DNA from: Blepharisma stoltei ATCC 30299
Lineage: Eukaryota > Protista > Ciliophora
Direction of reading: 5' to 3'
DNA: 64,000 nucleotides
NCBI GenBank assembly: GCA_965603825.1
Contig: CBFDEM010000053.1
Span: 496,001 to 560,000 of the forward strand
Below are positions 61,235-64,000 of the stretch, piece by piece. The notes beneath the pieces were generated by a model. It made no database searches, had not been told where the DNA came from, and saw only the letters and a list, made by a program, of their open reading frames with translations. Within the stretch, counting starts at the first letter, position 1; every line of letters begins with the position of its first letter. A program made the translations under genes and the position numbers.

Positions 61235-61291
61235 ATAAAAGATAGTGATAATTTATTGAACTTTTTAAAAAATAAATAATTTATATAATAA

Positions 61292-64000
61292 CTATTTTGA
61301 CTTTAATAAATCTAATGACTGTGGTACAATTTTCGAGCGAAGGATTTTGGAATTCCTACCAAAGGTAAATGCAAATTTGAATAAAATTGAAGTGTCTTTT
61401 CCCTTTTTTCTATATAATAAACTTGGGTATTTTTTTCTTTGTACAATGAGTCCAATACAAATTATTAGTACCCATCCTCCCAAAATTATGGCAGCCCATG
61501 GAAAATTGGAGGATCCAATAAGAAAATTCATTATACATAAGATATCGACCCAAGCAACACCAATAAGGCTTAATTGCTGTCACCAGTTGAATCTTCCATA
61601 GTTGTAGGCTTTGAATTTCCAAATTATTCCAATGTATATTAATATTGCAAACGTAAAAGCAAAACCATGGGCAACGTCACTGGCTCTTTTAAGTGTTTTA
61701 TTGAGCACTATTAAAATTACTTGGATTACTGTTTTCACCATTAAGTACATAGGGACAGCTTTTACATGTAAATTATTTTGAAATTCTTGCCAAAGAGGCC
61801 TACAAAACACTGCAAAAGGCTCATAACATGCTAATGCAAATGAAGAAAAAATGACATAAATAATATGGTCGCCTTGCCAGCAAAATTGGTAGCAGTCTTT
61901 TGTGAGGTAGCTATCAGTGAAATTGTTCCCTATAGAGTGATCGCATACAAAAACTTCTAAAAGGATAGATATAAATGGGATGAAGCATAAATTCCCTAAA
62001 ACTGGCATTGAGTTGTCAGCTAGGAATCCTAGAGCTCTAAAAGCCCACATATCATAGAACTTTTCATCCAATTGAAAGAAAATTTCCAAACAAAAAACTA
62101 CCCAAAGTGCACATAAAACTATCACTACAATTGCAATTCACCAGAAAACGCCATTTTCAAGCTTGACAAAGCTTTCAAGATCTAAAGACAATGCATCCCC
62201 AATATCTGCTATAAATGAATTTAAAGGGCGGATATCAGGCCCCATTGACAGCAGCTGAAAAAACTCTACAGCAATTGTAATGCCCACAATTAAATCTGCG
62301 ACTGAAATTTCTTCACTTGTCACAAGTGGCTCAACTTTTCTGTTCCATCATTTTTTCCAGATTATAAAAGTGATAACTGCTGTTATAGCTGCTATAAAAA
62401 AGCAAATCCCAAAAACTAATGCCCTACCTTTATAAAAAGTCTGCTTTAATTTATCATCAAATGGGCAATTTGTCCTTGTGACCCTAAAATCTGTAGGTTT
62501 ATTAGTTGTTCCATCTGCATATATCATTGGAGTACTTATAGTTAAAATTTTAGAACCACTGGGTGTTAGATATCCTACTGCATAAACAGAGAGTCCTGTT
62601 GTTTCATTATAAGAGTTTGATTGAATTGTGAGGCTGCTGAAAAGCCTGTCATTACCTTCGTTTTGTATATACATACTGCCAGTGCACCCTACAAATTTAA
62701 CTGTCCTTATTGCTGATTGGACTGTGTAAGGATCAGTATAATCATTTCCGCGATTGATAGTCCAATCCAAAGATGCAGCAATTAAATAAACTGCGTCATA
62801 ATAAAGGCAGGCATATGAAGTTGGCTCTGTTTTATATATTGAATAAAGGTCATCATGAACCTGTTTGCCTTTTTTCCCAACGTATAATGATTGAAACGCA
62901 ATCATCGATGGGACTCCGACTTCAACTCTTTTATATGTATAATCATCTTTTGCGGCGACTGAAGTAATAAAAATAGGATTAGCTGAAAAAAGAAACACAT
63001 CTCCTTTTCTTAACCCTAAGTCATAAAATACTTCTGCAGAATACTCTCCTAATGGAGATGCTAATCCTAATACAACCAATCTTACATTTAAATCTATAAT
63101 TTCTTGATATACACTATACCAATTTTTAATAGTCTCTCTTGTCAAAACAGCAGGAATTACCTGCAATTTGTTAACAATTTTCAAATTTTGTTTTTCAGCA
63201 GCTAACCTTACATAATATTCTACAGCAATCCCTATGCTGTCATTTTGGTATATAAGAGCTATGCTTGACCAGCCCATCACTTTGAATATCAGCGGAATTT
63301 GTGTATAGGCAAATGAGCTCGGCAAACTTATCCTTGAAAAAAAGGGGAAATTTGATTTATTAGAAAAAGCCACTTCACTACTTGCAGCTCCAACAAGAGG
63401 CATAGTAATATTTAGCTTCTGGAATGTGCTCATTTCGACACGGACTACAGGTGTAGTTGTAGCTACTATGTGAGCTAAGCCGAATTTGTCTTTATCTTTT
63501 GTGAAACAGCTTAAAGAATAGTTTGCGTTTGGGACAGAAGCTCCGCAATCAAAGTGGTTGACATTTAGCTGGAAGTTTTGTAATATATCTTGAGCGTTAT
63601 TTATGTCGTTAACTGAAAGAGTAAGTCCTCTTGTGTTTGTTAATACTGATAGGTTGGGGGACGCGCCATAATTGTAGGCTCCGTCACTTGCGCTGAAGGT
63701 TAGAACTTTTTTCTGAGAGATCGGGATATTAGAAGAGTCCCCTGGGAATATAACAGAGGATATTAATGATAGGCGTTTTTCTGTTATTGCTCCAATAATT
63801 TTTTTCTCATTGTTTTGAATATTTATAAGAGAAAATTCAGTACTACAGTAATGACTTGGGCACTTTTGGGTTAAAACTTTTAAAGATTCGTCTGAGTTCG
63901 AAAAATTTGTTAATGTAAAAATCATGTCTGAGATTGCAGCAGACCAGTATTTTTCATTTGAGTCTACTAACTCTCTACCTTTGTCAACCAATCCTAATGC
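61292..64000 (-). CDS. R11: inverted copy of the double-VFT ~9TM receptor (5' end outside the window)
   Basis: ORFs 62348, 62138, 61580 and 61292 share one frame via TGA; stop TAG at 61292; colinear with R1-R10. Confidence 0.87.

Noticed and set aside
1-64000. tRNA, rRNA, CRISPR arrays or autonomous transposons
   Set aside because: No cloverleaf, rRNA-like, repeat-spacer, transposase or reverse-transcriptase signatures seen by eye.

Overview
AT-rich, gene-dense eukaryotic DNA that reads as a heterotrich ciliate macronuclear genome, most likely Blepharisma. TGA is read as Trp (TAA/TAG are the stops) and there are 15-16 nt GT-AG introns, so the supplied standard-code ORF track fragments most genes. 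Read with TGA=Trp, the flanks hold tightly packed single-copy genes: PH-kinase, divergent Rab, ankyrin-PH-AGC kinase, Cdc6/Orc1, myristoylated EF-hand protein, mitochondrial GGQ release factor, CRT-like transporter, ELAPOR-like protein, EF-hand protein, Tctex-1, two HTH-repeat proteins, a Kelch protein and a GAS2/GAR protein. The centre (13.0-49.1 kb) is a head-to-tail array of ~1140-aa membrane receptors with a signal peptide, two tandem Venus-flytrap (ANF-receptor/LIVBP-like) domains, about nine TM helices and a conserved basic tail. The array has six intact copies, one copy with a single nonsense codon, two pseudogenes and two relics. A further inverted copy runs off the right edge. The predicted ligand-pocket loops are hypervariable while the membrane and tail parts are conserved, which suggests a birth-and-death chemoreceptor repertoire with an architecture I do not recognise from characterised receptors. 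All domain calls are by eye, without database searches.
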